The notes: generated by a model from the letters alone, not told the origin. Positions 47,870 to 61,880 are shown, counted from the first letter of the stretch. The stretch: 64,000 bases of DNA from Eukaryota sp. TZLM1-RC (GCA_040285825.1 JAUPSS010000009.1:884808-948807), one strand, 5' to 3'. Program-made: numbers and translations.

Positions 47870-50800
47870 TTTTTTTTAAAATTTAGTTTTATTCTAAACC
47901 TATAAATCAACATCTAAAAAATCCATCTCTCCCAAAACAAAAACACTAGATGCAACTCTCTCATAGTGAGATCCAAGAGAAAGCAAAAGCATCAGAAACC
48001 ATCTTGAACATCCCCTTAAAAAATAGAAAAACACAATTCTGTTTTTGCCAAAACAATCTGTTGAAATTTCTGCCAGTTCTTCTCTTTACAATCATTTCAA
48101 AATCATCCAAAAAAAACGTAAAAGCAGTTGGTGCAAGTGAACCAAAAGGGAAAATACAAATGGATACAAATTGTATTTTTGCATGCTGTAGACTAGCCAA
48201 TTTGGACAAAGGTTCATTGTATTTTTTTGAATTTAAAATTTTTCAGCATTTGAAAGGGATTATGAATTTCAGAATTAACAAGCCTTTCATTTGAGGGCAT
48301 TACAAGGATCAACAGACATTACATCCAATAAAATGAAGCTTCCATCTAATCCAGGTAATATGACATCACCTCTATTATTCTTATGAAAATCATTTTCAGC
48401 ATCAAACAGATTTGACAACATAGGTTCCAAGAAGGATTCAATTCTATGAGATTTACACATACAATATAACTGGTCTCTTACAGCATCATGAACCTTGCTT
48501 CTAAAAGTAATAAAATGTTTACAATTTAACAAATGAGTAGTTGTAATTTCTCGGGAACATTTACAAATTAAATTATGAGGTAAATTATCAGGCCAGATAA
48601 AGGAACGAAATCTCATATTTAGAGTCCAAGCAGAATCGGATAAGAGAGTACCATAAACTTGTGGAATTGTTGTTACTAAGGCAGAAGAAGTACTGTCACA
48701 CATATCTTGTAAAAGATTTGCAAAAGCGGGATTCTTTTTCTTGGCCAAGCCAAGTCTAACATCAAAATCCAAGCTTTCAAAAAAATCTTTGACAATTTTT
48801 TTGTTGAAGCTTTTTACAGCAAAACTGTAAATTAAATAGAGATCGGTTTGGAATTTCTTGAATTGATTGAGGAAAACATTTGGTCCAAATTTGTGGCGGT
48901 AATTTTTCAAGTTCACAAGATAACTCATACAAATAGGGACTACAATTGGGGACTAACAGATGAGAATCATCAGGAAATCTACGAGAAAATTCATAAATAA
49001 AATTTTTGCCACCACCCAAGAATGCTGATTGACACAAAATTGAAGATTTAGTAAATCCAATACCCCCCAAATTTGCTGAGTCCCATTAGTTGTGATTAGT
49101 TCATTAAGTGTTGTAGTTCAATAAAACGTTTATCGGATACAAGTTTTTTTTTCTCCCTCCCTTGGTCAAGCCTCTCATTTTTCACTTTCTGTGTTGGCGT
49201 CAAAGTTGTACTGTGTCTCTCCCTAAACGATGCCAGAGACTGATAGTGACTCCGATACTGATTGGAATGCCCAAGTGAAGGTTCTACCCGTCAGATCAAG
49301 CTCATCCCCTTCACTCCTCCACTCTCCCCACCCTCCAAGCTATGCTCGAAATTTTTCTCAAAAAATTTCAAATTCAAAAAATGATCAGCGTGCCACAAAA
49401 AACACTAAACTCTCAAAAAATGTTCCCCGTTGCTCATCCTGTCATAAAGTTGGTCATAAAAAGAATTCTAAAAAAATGTGAAAAATTATCAAAATCCATC
49501 TATTTCTTATTCTGTAACCGCCGCTGCCGCTGAATTAAATAATTTAGAATTTAATTTACCTCCCAAAAGATGAGTGCACTGCAGAAGACAATGATGCAGT
49601 GATGTTAGATATTCCCCTTGAAGCAAGTCAAATTGATAATTGTGCTATTTGTAATGAAAAAGCTGAAAGATATATTTTTAAAAAAATAATTTATATGTAT
49701 GCCATGTTTGCTCCTCGCTTGATACATTACGGCCTCCATGTAAGATTCCGAATATTCTCAGTCCCAAGGCTTCCATTCCCTTTTCTGTTGCGTTTAGAAC
49801 ATTCAGTCTTGCTTTGAAAAAAAGGAGAATGGGATATATTTTCTATTTGGAAATTCTTCCTTGAACAAAAAAATCAGGTTCTCGTCCCCAAAAGGTTTTT
49901 CACTCCAAAGAAACAACCCAAGAATAAGACTGTACGAAAAACTTTTTGCTACGTGGGAGATATGGTTCAGGGAAAAAAACGCTCTGTTCTCATCTGATCT
50001 TGCTCCTGTGACTGATGAAACTGTAAATCAATTAGTGGATCTGCATCCAGCTGAATTTCTTAATTTGGATAAACCATCTGCTTCACAATTTTGGAAACAA
50101 AATCCACTTTCTGAAAAAAAGAAGTTGAAACTGCCATTTTTTCCGTCTTCCATCTGGAAAAAGCTCCAGGTCCATCTGGAATTACTTTTTGATATGCTGA
50201 AATCTGTGTGCCGCCAAAATGCCTTTATTATTAAAGATTTATGTTCCTTTTTTTCAAGATGTTTTTGACAATGAAAAATTGTTCCACCCAAAAGAATTAA
50301 GTGCATCACGGTTAGTGGCTTTAACTAAAACCTAATGGAAAAGTTCGCTTAATTGCCATTGGTGAAGCCATTTATCGCTTGATGTCTTCAGTAATTTTTA
50401 ATCGAGTTTCAACCAAAGGTAAAAGAATACTTTTCTCCATTCCAATATGGAATCAAAACTATAGATGGAGCTTCAGTTGCAGCTTTGACATCTGATCTGT
50501 TTTTTTCAATTGTCACGAAAATAGTTGCATTTTTTTAATCTTGATTTCAAAAATGCTTTCAATTCAGTGAAAAGAGATTCAATTTGGAAAGAAATCAAAT
50601 CAAATTTTCCTGAACTCGAAACCTTTTTTTATAGGTTTTATGGTAATTCATCTGATTTTAATTTTTTAATTCTTTTAATCTGGATTCTTTATCAGGAGTT
50701 AAACAAAGGAGACCCTTTAGGTCCTTTCTTTTTTTGTCTTGCAATTCACCCAATTTTGAAAAATTAAAAGAAGAAAATTCTGACCTTCAAGTGGTAGCTT

Positions 50801-53406
50801 ACATGGATGACATTTCTTGTATTGGTCCAGAAAGTACAATTAATAGGGTTGCTAATGAAGCTGCTACATTATACCAATCCATAGGTCTTGATTTGAATGT
50901 TCAAAAATGTTTTTGTATTTCTAGAAAAAAATGTTAAGTTAATAATTAATTCCCTCGAAGTTCCATATATTGATTATACTTCAACTAGTTTCTGCTTTCT
51001 GGGTTGCTATTTAGGTTCCGCCGAAAAGACACTTGACAGTCTTGAAAAATTATTTAAATTCAATTAAAAAGAGCTAGAAGTCATAAAGGCTCTTGAATTG
51101 GAAAAAAACATCTTAAGTTTTTTTCTTTTTGAAAATTTGTTATGCTGGAAAAAAATTACTCATTTACTGCGATCATTACCTCCATCCCTAACTTACAATT
51201 TTTGTAGACAATTTAACAAAATACGTACCCAATTTTTTTGGCTTATTTAATGTCTGTTGATCCATCAATTTTGAAAAAAATCATATTTTTTTCTGATGTT
51301 CAACTTGGCGGTGTTGGATTCAATTCATCAAAATATTTGACCAAAGCTGCATTTTATTGGTGGTGGAAAAAAATTTTTGTATTTGAATTCTCTAGAAGAT
51401 ATCCTTTTGCCGAAAATCTTCTTGAAAATACAAATAGCATATTCCTGGATAACTTAAGACAAGAAATATCCAGTTTATCTCCCGACTTATGGCAATCATG
51501 TTTCCCCATATCCATTCAAGAAATTCCAGACAGAAGTTTATATTCATTAAAAATTTGCGTTGAAAAAAAGCTCCAACGACATCTTTTGAAAAATTTTTGA
51601 AAAGCAAGGATTTTATTGTTCGACTTAGCACGGCTAAGAAAGAAAAATCCTGCTTTTGCCAATTTTTGATTGATTTGAAGGACAGTTCATCTGCAGTTTT
51701 GATAAATCAAATTCCCCAGATTTATGGTCTATTTTTGAATGACGACCAATGGACTACTGCTATGAGAATGCGTTGTTATTTATGGCCTTGTAATTTGCCC
51801 AATGATTTGTTTTTGTAAATGTGGAGCTGGTTTGACATTATCACATTTATTTAATTGTAATAGATATTTTTCCTATCGTTCTACGTTGCATGATGCAGTC
51901 AGAGATCAAATCCATGCAATGTGTAATTCTATCATATTGAATCTTTTGTTGAACCTTTGTTGAGGTCTCTTGATATAAATGAAAGCGTAAGAGATTCAGA
52001 ATATGGAAAAACGACGTGCTGATGTTGTTGTGCCCTCGTTTGATGATGTCATGAATGTTGTTGATGTCGTAACAGTGGATGTTTGCAAGAAAAATGCCTT
52101 GAAAAATGCTCAATCCGAAGTATCCCCCTTGATGACTCCGAATGTACAAACGGAAAAAAAGTATGCAAATCCTTTAAAAGAATTGAAACATGTTCGCCAT
52201 GTAGATTACCAAATTTGCCCATTTGCTATATCGTTGTATGGTCGTCTTGGAAAAACTGCTTTGAATTTTATTGATGATTTTGAAAATCTTGTGAAAAAAA
52301 GAATGAATAAGCGTTTTGATCGTCGCTTGTGGCTAAATCGTATTGTTTTTACTATTTTCAAATCAATTCCTAAAATGATTTCGAAAGCTTTAATGTCTGT
52401 CAGTGCACATTATGAAAACATTGCTGCTGTAAGGTTTGATGGTGTGGAAGCTTGTTTTGAAGATATTGACTTTTAGACTGTGGTTTAACAATAAAATAAA
52501 ATTAATTTAAATTTGCTGAAGAAAATAAGTGACTTTTCAACATTCCTGGTTCTACATCCAATAAATCAGCAAAAAATTCTTTTCTCAATGAATTGAATGA
52601 ACGACAAAAATCTAATGCTATGGAAGGAGCACAAGATCTCAAAATGTGGGTTATTCTCCCAGTGTAGCAAATTTTAAGCATGAAAAATTTAATATGCTTT
52701 TCTATATCTAAAGAAGAAATTGAATCAAGTTCAATTTTCATTTTTCCAAAATAACTTGCAATTCATTATGAATTTGAGGCACATTTCCTAACCAACAACC
52801 AAGGAACTTAAAAGCATCACTACTATAATTAGTAAAAGGGACAATAGAATCGTTTATCACGAGGTCTTGAGCAGAAGAGCCAATCAGAAGGCATTTGCTG
52901 GCATTAAGATGAAGCCCAATATTTTTCATATGAATCCGGCAATTTCTTGAGCAACCAATTCTAGTAAATCAAATGAACCAATCAAGGATATATCATCCAT
53001 ATAAGCAACTATTTTTTTATGGAAGGGTATTTTTGCTTAATGATATTTAAAGTTTTGTGAATAGCTAAACAAAACAATAATGGGCCTAAAGGATCTCCCT
53101 GCTTCACTCCAGAAGATGATTTAAGACCAAATGAATTAAAAAAATTAAATCTGATTCTTTCCCATAAAAATGGTAGAAAAACTCGATAGCTCAGGAAAAT
53201 CAGATTTAATAACTTCAAAAATTGCTTCTCGCTTTACAGAATTAAAAGCATTTTTTTAAAGTCGAGATTAAAAATAAAATTATTTTCCTCTGCATTAAAA
53301 AAGGTATCAGAGGCAATAGCAGCAACAGAAGCACCATCAATTGTTTTGATTCCAAATTAATGAGGATTCAAAAATGTAGAAGCTTTGTCTTTGACACGAT
53401 CGAAGA
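47870..53406 (-). mobile_element. Family A copy 4, 5'-truncated, nested in G and interrupted by a full-length B
   Basis: 28-bp TSD caaaaacgaaatttttgcctccaccgat (47842-47869 and 53407-53434). Confidence 0.9.
49080..52508 (+). mobile_element. Family B full-length RLE retrotransposon with a 64-bp 5' extension
   Basis: 11-bp TSD aaatttgctga (49069-49079 and 52509-52519); T9 at 49144-49152; ATG 49230 MPETDSDSDTDW; CSSCHKVGH; LDFKNAFNSV; AYMDD; HDAVRD; CFEDIDF* at 52476; AATAAA. Confidence 0.92.
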
Positions 53407-53500
53407 CAAAAACGAAATTTTTGCCTCCACCGATAAATGCAGCTTTACACAAATATTTAGATTTGTGAAAATCTAGGCCTCCCAATTCTGTGCTACAAAA

Positions 53501-53712
53501 TTTTTTTTTAATTTAATTTTAATTTATTTTCAAAACCACAGTCTAAAAGTCAATATCTTCAAAACAAGCTTCCACACCATCAAACCTTACAGCAGCAATG
53601 TTTTCATAATGTGCACTGACAGACATTAAAGCTTTCGAAATCATTTTAGGAATTGATTTGAAAATAGTAAAAACAATACGATTTAGCCACAAGCGACGAT
53701 TAAAACGCTTAT
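53501..53712 (-). mobile_element. Family B short 3' fragment nested in G
   Basis: Nearly identical to 34276-34485, with an A-tail. Confidence 0.85.
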
Positions 53713-54137
53713 TCAAAAAATATGACTGCGTAAATAAGAAGAATCAATGTCAAGCAAATTAGCCAAAAATTTTGTTCTTAATTCATTAAAAATTCTGCAA
53801 AATTCGAGATATATAGATGGTGATGTTGATCGTAGGATATGAGTAAATTTCCCTGAATAACAAATTCTGAGGAAGAAAAATTTAAGATGTTTTTCAATAT
53901 TTAAATCTGAAAGAACAATCAATTCCTCTTCAAAATTATCCAAAAGAGAGGAAAGTTGATTTCGAATTTCATCAAAATTGACTAAATAACAACCTAAAAA
54001 ACGAAATCCTGATTCAAAATAATTGATAAAAGGAACACTTTGATCATCAATAATGAGATCAGCAGGCTCTCTACCAATCAATAAACATTTGGAAATATTT
54101 AAAGAAAGACCAATTTGATAATAGCGCTACTTCTGTG

Positions 54138-54288
54138 TATCAAAGAGCCCCTGCTGAAGGAAACACTTTCTCTGAATAATTTTGGTTCTGATGATAGAGG
54201 TGATGTATACTGTGATTGGATTGATAATTCTGAAGCTATTGTTGACTTTGTCTCATGTAATGTTGCAAATGATACTTTGGTTCACAGA
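54138..54288 (+). mobile_element. Family C internal fragment
   Basis: Matches ~23562-23715 (CIKEPLLKETLSLNNF..RGDVYCDW). Confidence 0.85.
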
Positions 54289-57200
54289 TTTTTTTTTAAA
54301 ATTTAATTTTATTCTAAACCTATAAATCAACATCTAAAAAATCCATCTCTCCCAAAACAAAAACACTAGATGCAACTCTCTCATAGTGAGATCCAAGAGA
54401 AAGCAAAGCATCAGAAACCATCTTCAACATCCCCTTAAAAATAGAAAACACAATTCTATTTTGCCAAAACAATCTGTTGAAATTTCTGCCAGTTCTTCTC
54501 TTTACAATCATTTCAAAATCATCCAAAAAACGTAAAGCAGTTGGTGCAAGTGAACCAAAAAGGAAAATACAAATGGATACAAATTGTATTTTGCATGCTG
54601 TAGACTGGCCAATTTGGACAAAGGTTCATTGTATTTTTGAATTTAAAATTTTCAGCATTTGAAAGGGGATTATGAATTTCAGAATTAACAAGCCTTTCAT
54701 TTGAGGCATTACAAGGATCAACAGACATTACATCCAATAAAATGAAGCTTCCATCTAATCCAGGTAATATGACATCACCTCTATTATTCTTATGAAAATC
54801 ATTTTTCAGCATCAAACAGATTTGACAACAAAGGTTCCAAGAAGGATTCAATTCTATGAGATTTACACATACAATATAACTGGTCTCTTACAGCATCATG
54901 AACCTTGCTTCTAAAAGTAATAAAATGTTTACAATTTAACAAATGAGTAGTTGTAATTTCTCGAGAACATTTACAAATTAAATTATGAGGTAAATTATCA
55001 GGCCAGATAAAGGAACGAAATCTCATATTCAGAGTCCAAGCAGAATCGGATAAGAGAGTACCATAAACTTGTGGAATTGTTGTTACTAAGGCAGAAGAAG
55101 TACTGTCACACATATCTTGTAAAAGATTTGCAAAAGCGGGATTCTTTTTCTTGGCCAAGCCAAGTCTAACATCAAAATCCAAACTTTCAAAAAAATCTTT
55201 GACAATTTTTTGTTGAAGCTTTTTACAGCAAAACTGTAAATTAAATAGAGATCGGTTTGGAATTTCTTGAATTGATTGAGGAAAACATTTGGTCCAAATT
55301 TGTGGCGGTAATTTTTCAAGTTCACAAGATAACTCATACAAATAGGGACTACAATTGGGGACTAACAGATGAGAATCATCAGGAAATCTACGAGAAAATT
55401 CATAAATAAAATTTTTTGCCACCACCCAAGAATGCTGATTGACACAAAATTGAAGATTTAGTAAAACCAATACCACCCAAATTTGCTGAAGAAAATAAAT
55501 GGCTTTTTCAACATTCCTGGTTCTACATCCAATAAATCAGCAAAAAAATTCTGTTCTCAATGAATTAAAAGAACGACAAAAATCTAATGCTATGGAAGGA
55601 GCACAAGATCTCAAAATGTGGGTTATTCTCCCAGTGTAGCAAATTTTAAGCATGAAAAATTTAATATGCTTTTCTATATCTAAAGAAGAAATTGAATCAA
55701 GTTCAATTTTTCATTTTTCCAAAATAACTTGCAATTCATTCTGAATTTGAGGCACATTTCTAACCAACAACCAAGGAACTTAAAAGCATCACTACTATAA
55801 TTAGTAAAAGGGTCAATAGAATCGTTTATCACGAGGTCTTGAGCAGAAGAGCCAATCAGAAGGCATTTGCTGGCATTAAGATGAAGCCCAATATTTTTCA
55901 TATGAATCGGCAATTTCTTGAGCAACCAATTCTAGTGAATCAAATGAACCAATCAAGGATATATCATCCATATAAGCAACTATTTTTTTATAGAAGGGTA
56001 TTTTTTTGCTTAATGATATTTAAAGTTTTGTGAATAGCTAAACAAAACAATAATGGGCCTAAAGGATCTCCCCTGCTTCACTCCAGAAGATGATTTAAGA
56101 CCAAATGAATTAAAAATTAAATCTGATTCTTTCCCATAAAAATGGTAGAAAAAAACTCGATAGCTCAGGAAAATCAGATTTAATAACTTCAAAAATTGCT
56201 TCTCGCTTTACAGAATTAAAAGCATTTTTAAAAGTCGAGATTAAAAATAAAATTATTTTCCTCTGCATTAAAAAGGTATCAGAGGCAATAGCAGCAACAG
56301 AAGCACCATCAATTGTTTTGATTCCAAATTGATGAGGATTCAAAAATGTAGAAGCTTTGTCTTTGACACGATCGAAGACAATTGATGCTAACAAACGAGA
56401 AAGAGATTCACCAACAGCAATTGGGCGTATTCCATCAGGTTTGATTCCGTTTCCAGGCTTTACTAAAAGCAATCAGACGTGCTGCGAGTAATTCAAATGG
56501 AGGATTAATTTTCAAAACAATCAATTGTTGAAAATAGTGGGCTAGATCATCAGCAATTTCGGGAGCACTGGAACACGCTATTTTTAACAGATCAAAAGAA
56601 ATTCCAGATGGGCCTGCTGCTTTCCCCTTTGGCAATTTTTGAATAGCTTTAAGAACTTCAATTGCAGTAATAGGATTTTTCAATCCAAAAAGGACACACT
56701 TCAGGCTTGCTGCACTTGAAATTTTTCTTGAGGATGCAACTTTTGAAGTTTTTTTCAAGGGTATCAGAGTTTGCATCAGCCAAAGAAGAGGAAAACAAAG
56801 ACTGCTTTGCGGCACCATAACGACCACGTAAGCACAATTTACGGCAAATTTTTTGATTTTACAATTTTTTTCTATTTCCAAAATTTTTTCTTAAAACAAT
56901 TTTTGTTTTCTAGCAAAATATTTTCCAGAAGGATGAAATATTCCACTTATTATTTTTTCAATTCAGAAGTAAAATTTCTCATTTCCATTGAGAAGGGATT
57001 GTGCTGGCGGGACTTATTTCTACTGGGATCCGGATCGGGGGTCTTACGGTATCAACGGCTTTTACAATTCGTACAAAACAGAAGTTTTCGACCATTTTCG
57101 TGAATCTGCAACATCTTTTTGCAAAATGGACAACAAAAATTGCTGTTTTCAGAAGGGGAAGAAGAGGGAACACTAGAAGCATTTAACTGTTGATCGTCAG

Positions 57201-57798
57201 AAACATTATTTTCAGCACCTTTCACAACGGCAACAGCTGGAACAGAATATTTGAGAATTTGTTGAGCAGATTTTAATTCAAATTCTCTTTTTGTTTTTCT
57301 CAGGGCACGTTCTCGAATTATGACCACTGATACCACAAATCGAACATTTTTTTAGAACCTTGTAATGGCAGAGGTTTCATTTTTTCAGTTCTTTCAATTT
57401 TGTCAATTTTTGAGTTAAAAAGTAGAAATAGACTTTTTGACTTTTTGCAGTTTCAGCTGGAGAAAACAAATTTCGAGAAACGGAGTTGTTAATAGAACGC
57501 GCAACAGAACGCAAGGAACGTAATGGTGGTTTTTCTGTGTTTTTTCTGGTTCAATGATCAGTTTTTGAATGAAAATTTTTTTGAGATGAATTTCGAGCAT
57601 AGCTTGTATTGTGGGGAGAGTGGGGGAAGTGGAGTGGATGAGCTTGATCTGACTGGTAGAATCTTTGCTTGGGCGTTCCAATCAGTATCAGAGTCACTAT
57701 CAGCCAAAGGCATCGTTTTGACAGAGAAACAGTACGACTTTGACGCCTTGACGAAAGTGAAATATGAAAGGGTTGACTAAGGGAGGGAGAAAAAAAAA
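54289..57798 (-). mobile_element. Family A copy 5, full length and uninterrupted (~3.5 kb; many homopolymer indels)
   Basis: Colinear with copy 3 from the T9CTCCCTCC 5' end to FLDVDL* and the A-tail. Confidence 0.92.
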
Positions 57799-59900
57799 TT
57801 TTATTGGAGAAGTTTGACAAGGATCTTAGTTTTATTGCTGAATGTGACATTGAGAAACACATCAAATTTTTTTATTTTAAAAATTTGTTATTCTGGAAAA
57901 ATTCACTCATATTTTTAAGGTCAACTCCCCATCGGTATCTCTCAATTATAAATTTAATTTTATTCTAAACCTATAAATCAACATCTAAAAAAATCCATCT
58001 CTCCCAAAACAAAAACACTAGATGCAACTCTCTCATAGTGAGATCCAAGAGAAAGCAAAGCATCAGAAACCATCTTCAACATCCCCTTAAAAATAGAAAA
58101 CACAATTCTATTTTTGCCAAAACAATCTGTTGAAATTTCTGCCAGTTCTTCTCTTTACAATCATTTCAAAATCATCCAAAAACGTAAAGCAGTTGGTGCA
58201 AGTGAACCAAAAAGGAAAAATACAAATGGATACAAATTGTATTTTGCATGCTGTAGACTGGCCAATTTGGACAAAGGTTCATTGTATTTTTGAATTTAAA
58301 ATTTTCAGCATTTGAAAGGGGATTATGAATTTCAGAATTAACAAGCCTTTCATTTGAGGCATTACAAGGATCAACAGACATTACATCCAATAAAATGAAG
58401 CTTCCATCTAATCCAGGTAATATGACATCACCTCTATTATTCTAATGAAAATCATTTTCAGCATCAAACAAATTTGACAACAGAGGTTCTAAGAAGGATT
58501 CAATTCTATGAGATTTACACATACAATATAACTGGTCTCTTACAGCATCATGAACCCTCTCAATTTTTTTGCAGATCTTTTAACAAACTTCGAGTCAAAT
58601 TTTTCTTCTTTTATTAGAAGTAAATGAATCTTTAATTCGAAGTCATGTATTTTTGTTCAGCAGATTTGGGTGGAATTGGATTCACCAAATCTTCGATTCT
58701 GTGTAAAGCTGCATTTTTGGGAGGTGGTAAAAAAATTTTGTTTTTGAATTTTTTTCCAAAGGTTCCCTTTTGATGTTCATCTGATCAATGGTGAATCAAA
58801 TTTTTACTTGAATCAACTGCAATTTGAATTAGAAAATTTGCCTAGTGATATCTGGATTCAGTGTTTTTCCTCAAAATGTTCAAGAAATTCCCACCCGATC
58901 ACTTCCAAATTTACGTTTTTGCTTGAAAAAGCTTCAGTACCATCTGGTTAAATTATATGAAGGGTTGGATTATGAAGTAAGACTTGGCTTGGCCAAAACC
59001 AAAAATCCCGCTTTCGGTAATTTTTTAAAGGATATTCGTGATAGTTCAGCTGCTGCTTTAGTAACTCAAGTTCCCTCTTTTTATGGACTTTTGTTAAAAA
59101 ACAATGAATGGCTTCTAAACATGCGCTTTCGTTGTTTTCTGTGGCCAAACAATTTGCCCAATCATTTAACTTGTAAATGTGGTAAACCTCTTTGTTTACT
59201 CATCTTTTGAACTGTAAACATTTCATTACGTTTAGAAGCAAAGTGCATAATAACGTCCGGGACCAAATTTATGTAATGTGCAAATCATATCGAGTAGATT
59301 CCTTTTTAGAACCGCTGTTATCAAAATTAATTCTTGATGATCCCAATATTGATGGTACGCGTTACAACAGAGCTTCTATGGGTCTGACTAGAGGTGGTCT
59401 AGTTGTTCCTGGTTTAAATGGTAGTTTTTACTATTTTTGGACGCCATGTCTATTGACCCTTGTGATTCCTCTAACGAACATCTCATTAACTCGGATGTAA
59501 ATAATCCTCTTCTTGCAGGCGAAAAAAATATAAAATTGCTAAATATGCGAAACCCATTTCCTCGGTTAATGAAAATTCTCATGCCCAATATAATTTATGT
59601 CCATTTGTTTTTCTTTGCTTGGATCTCTAGGTAAGGCTGCTATGGCTTTCCTTGAGGATTTTGTTGTAGTTGTAAAGGAAAGAACTGGAAGAATTTTTCA
59701 ATCATGTTTACTGGCAAAACAGGATTGTATTTTCTATTTTTAAGGAATGGTAAAACTAATTTCTGATTCACTATCTTCTTTTGGGAAATTTTCTGAATCT
59801 TTAGCAATTAATTGTTTTTGATGTAGGGGAGGCAGGTTTTGAGGATGTCGAGTTTTTAATTGTGTATTTCATATTTGTTGTTGAATAAAAATAAATAAGG
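57799..59900 (+). mobile_element. Family D 3' half, interrupted by A copy 6
   Basis: DIEKHIKFF..ICYSGK; CKCGK..THLLNC; VHNNVRDQ; GFEDVEF; AATAAA. Confidence 0.85.
57948..58556 (-). mobile_element. Family A copy 6, 3' fragment nested in D
   Basis: 9-bp TSD ctctcaatt (57939-57947 and 58557-58565). Confidence 0.88.
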
Positions 59901-59920
59901 TAAAAGAACTTTTGCACGTA

Positions 59921-61880
59921 ACTTTTTAAATTTAATTTTATTCTAAAACCTATAAATCAACATCTAAAAATCCATCTCTCCCAAAAACAAAAACACTAGA
60001 TGCAACTCTCTCATAGTGAGATCCAAGAGAAAGCAAAGCATCAGAAACCATCTTCAACATCCCCCTTAAAAATAGAAAACACAATTCTATTTTGCCAAAA
60101 ACAATCTGTTGAAATTTCTGCCAGTTCTTCTCTTTACAATCATTTCAAAATCATCCAAAAACGTAAAAGCAGTTGGTGCAAGTGAACCAAAAAGGAAAAA
60201 TACAAATGGATACAAATTGTATTTTTGCATGCTGTAGACTGGGCCAATTTGGACAAAGGTTCATTGTATTTTTGAATTTAAAATTTTCAGCATTTGAAAG
60301 GGGATTATGAATTTCAGAATTAACAAGCCTTTCATTTGAGGCATTACAAGGATCAACAGACATTACATCCAATAAAATGAAGCTTCCATCTAATCCAGGT
60401 AATATGACATCACCTCTATTATTCTAATGAAAATCATTTTCAGCATCAAACAAATTTGACAACAGAGGTTCTAAGAAGGATTCAATTCTATGAGATTTAC
60501 ACATACAATATAACTGGTCTCTTACAGCATCATGAACCTCTCTCAATTTTTGCAGATCTTTTAACAAACTTCGAGTCAAATTTTTTTCTTCTTTATTAGA
60601 AGTAAATGAATCTTTAATTCGAAGTCATGTATTTTGTTCAGCAGATTTGGGTGGAATTGGATTCACCAAATCTTCGATTCTGTGTAAAGCTGCATTTTGG
60701 GAGGTGGTAAAAATTTTTGTTTTTTGAATTTTTCCAAAGGTTCCCTTTTGATGTTCATCTGATCAATGGTGAATCAAATTTTTTTACTTGAATCAACTGC
60801 AATTTGAATTAGAAAAATTTGGCTCAGTGATATCTGGATTCAGTGTTTTCCTCAAAATGTTCAAGAAATTCCCACCCGATCACTTCCAAATTTACGCTTT
60901 TTGCTTGAAAAAGCTTCAGTACCATCTGGTTAAATTATATGAAGGGTTGGATTATGAAGTAAGACTTGGCTTGGCCAAACCAAAAATCCCGCTCGGTAAT
61001 TTTTAAAGGATATTCGTGATAGTTCAGCTGCTGCTTTAGTAACTCAAGTTCCCTCTTTTTATGGATTCTTGTTAAAAAACAATGAATGGCTTCTAAACAT
61101 GCGCTTTCGTTGTTTTCTGTACAAACAATTTGCCCAATCATTTAACTTGTAAAATGTGGTAAACCTCTTTGTTTACTCATCTTTTTGAACTGTAAACATT
61201 TCATTACGTTTAGAAGCAAAGTGCATAATAACGTCCGGGACCAAATTTATGTAATGTGCAAAATCATATCGAGTAGATTCCTTTTTAGAACCGCTGTTAT
61301 CAAAATTAATTCTTGATGATCCCAATATTGATAGTACGCGTTACAACAGAGCTTCTATGGGTCTGACTAGAGGTGGTCTAGTTGTTCTGGTTTAAATGGT
61401 AGTTTCACTATTTTGGACGATGTCTATTGACCCTCATGATTCCTCTAACGAACATCTCATTAACTCGGATGTAAATAATCCCTCTTCTTGCAGGCGAAAA
61501 ATATAAAATTGCTAAATATGCGAAACCCATTTCCTGGTTAATGAAAAATTCTCATGCCCAATATAATTTATGTCCATTTGTTTTTCTTTGCTTGATCTCT
61601 AGGTAAGCGCTATGGCTTTCCTTGGAGGATTTTGTTGTAGTTGTAGGAAAGAACTGAAGAATTTTCAATCATGTTTACTGGCAAAACAGGATTGTATTTT
61701 CTATTTTTATGGAATGGTAAACCAATTTCGATTCACTATCTTCTTTTGGGAAATTTTCTGAATCTTTAGCAATTAATTGTTTTGATGTAGGGGAGGCAGG
61801 TTTTGAGGATGTCGAGTTTAATTTCAGTATTTTCATATTATTGTTGAATAAAATAATAAGGTAGAACTTTTGCACGTAAT
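59921..61880. repeat. ~1.96-kb tandem duplicate of 57948-59920 (A 3' fragment plus D)
   Basis: Same A/D junction (catgaacc|ctctcaatt) and same distal flank (aacttttgcacgtaa). Could be real or an assembly duplication. Confidence 0.8.

Larger units (their letters stand above)
33661..54137 (-). mobile_element. Family G RLE retrotransposon in four pieces (33661-33850, 47060-47869, 53407-53500, 53713-54137)
   Basis: Reading frame KELNFNFWHN|RIVFSILKAIPEM..FIEDIEF* joins across a 15-bp TSD (33837-33850 and 47060-47074, one indel). A further join is made by a 28-bp TSD (47842-47869 and 53407-53434). Confidence 0.8.
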
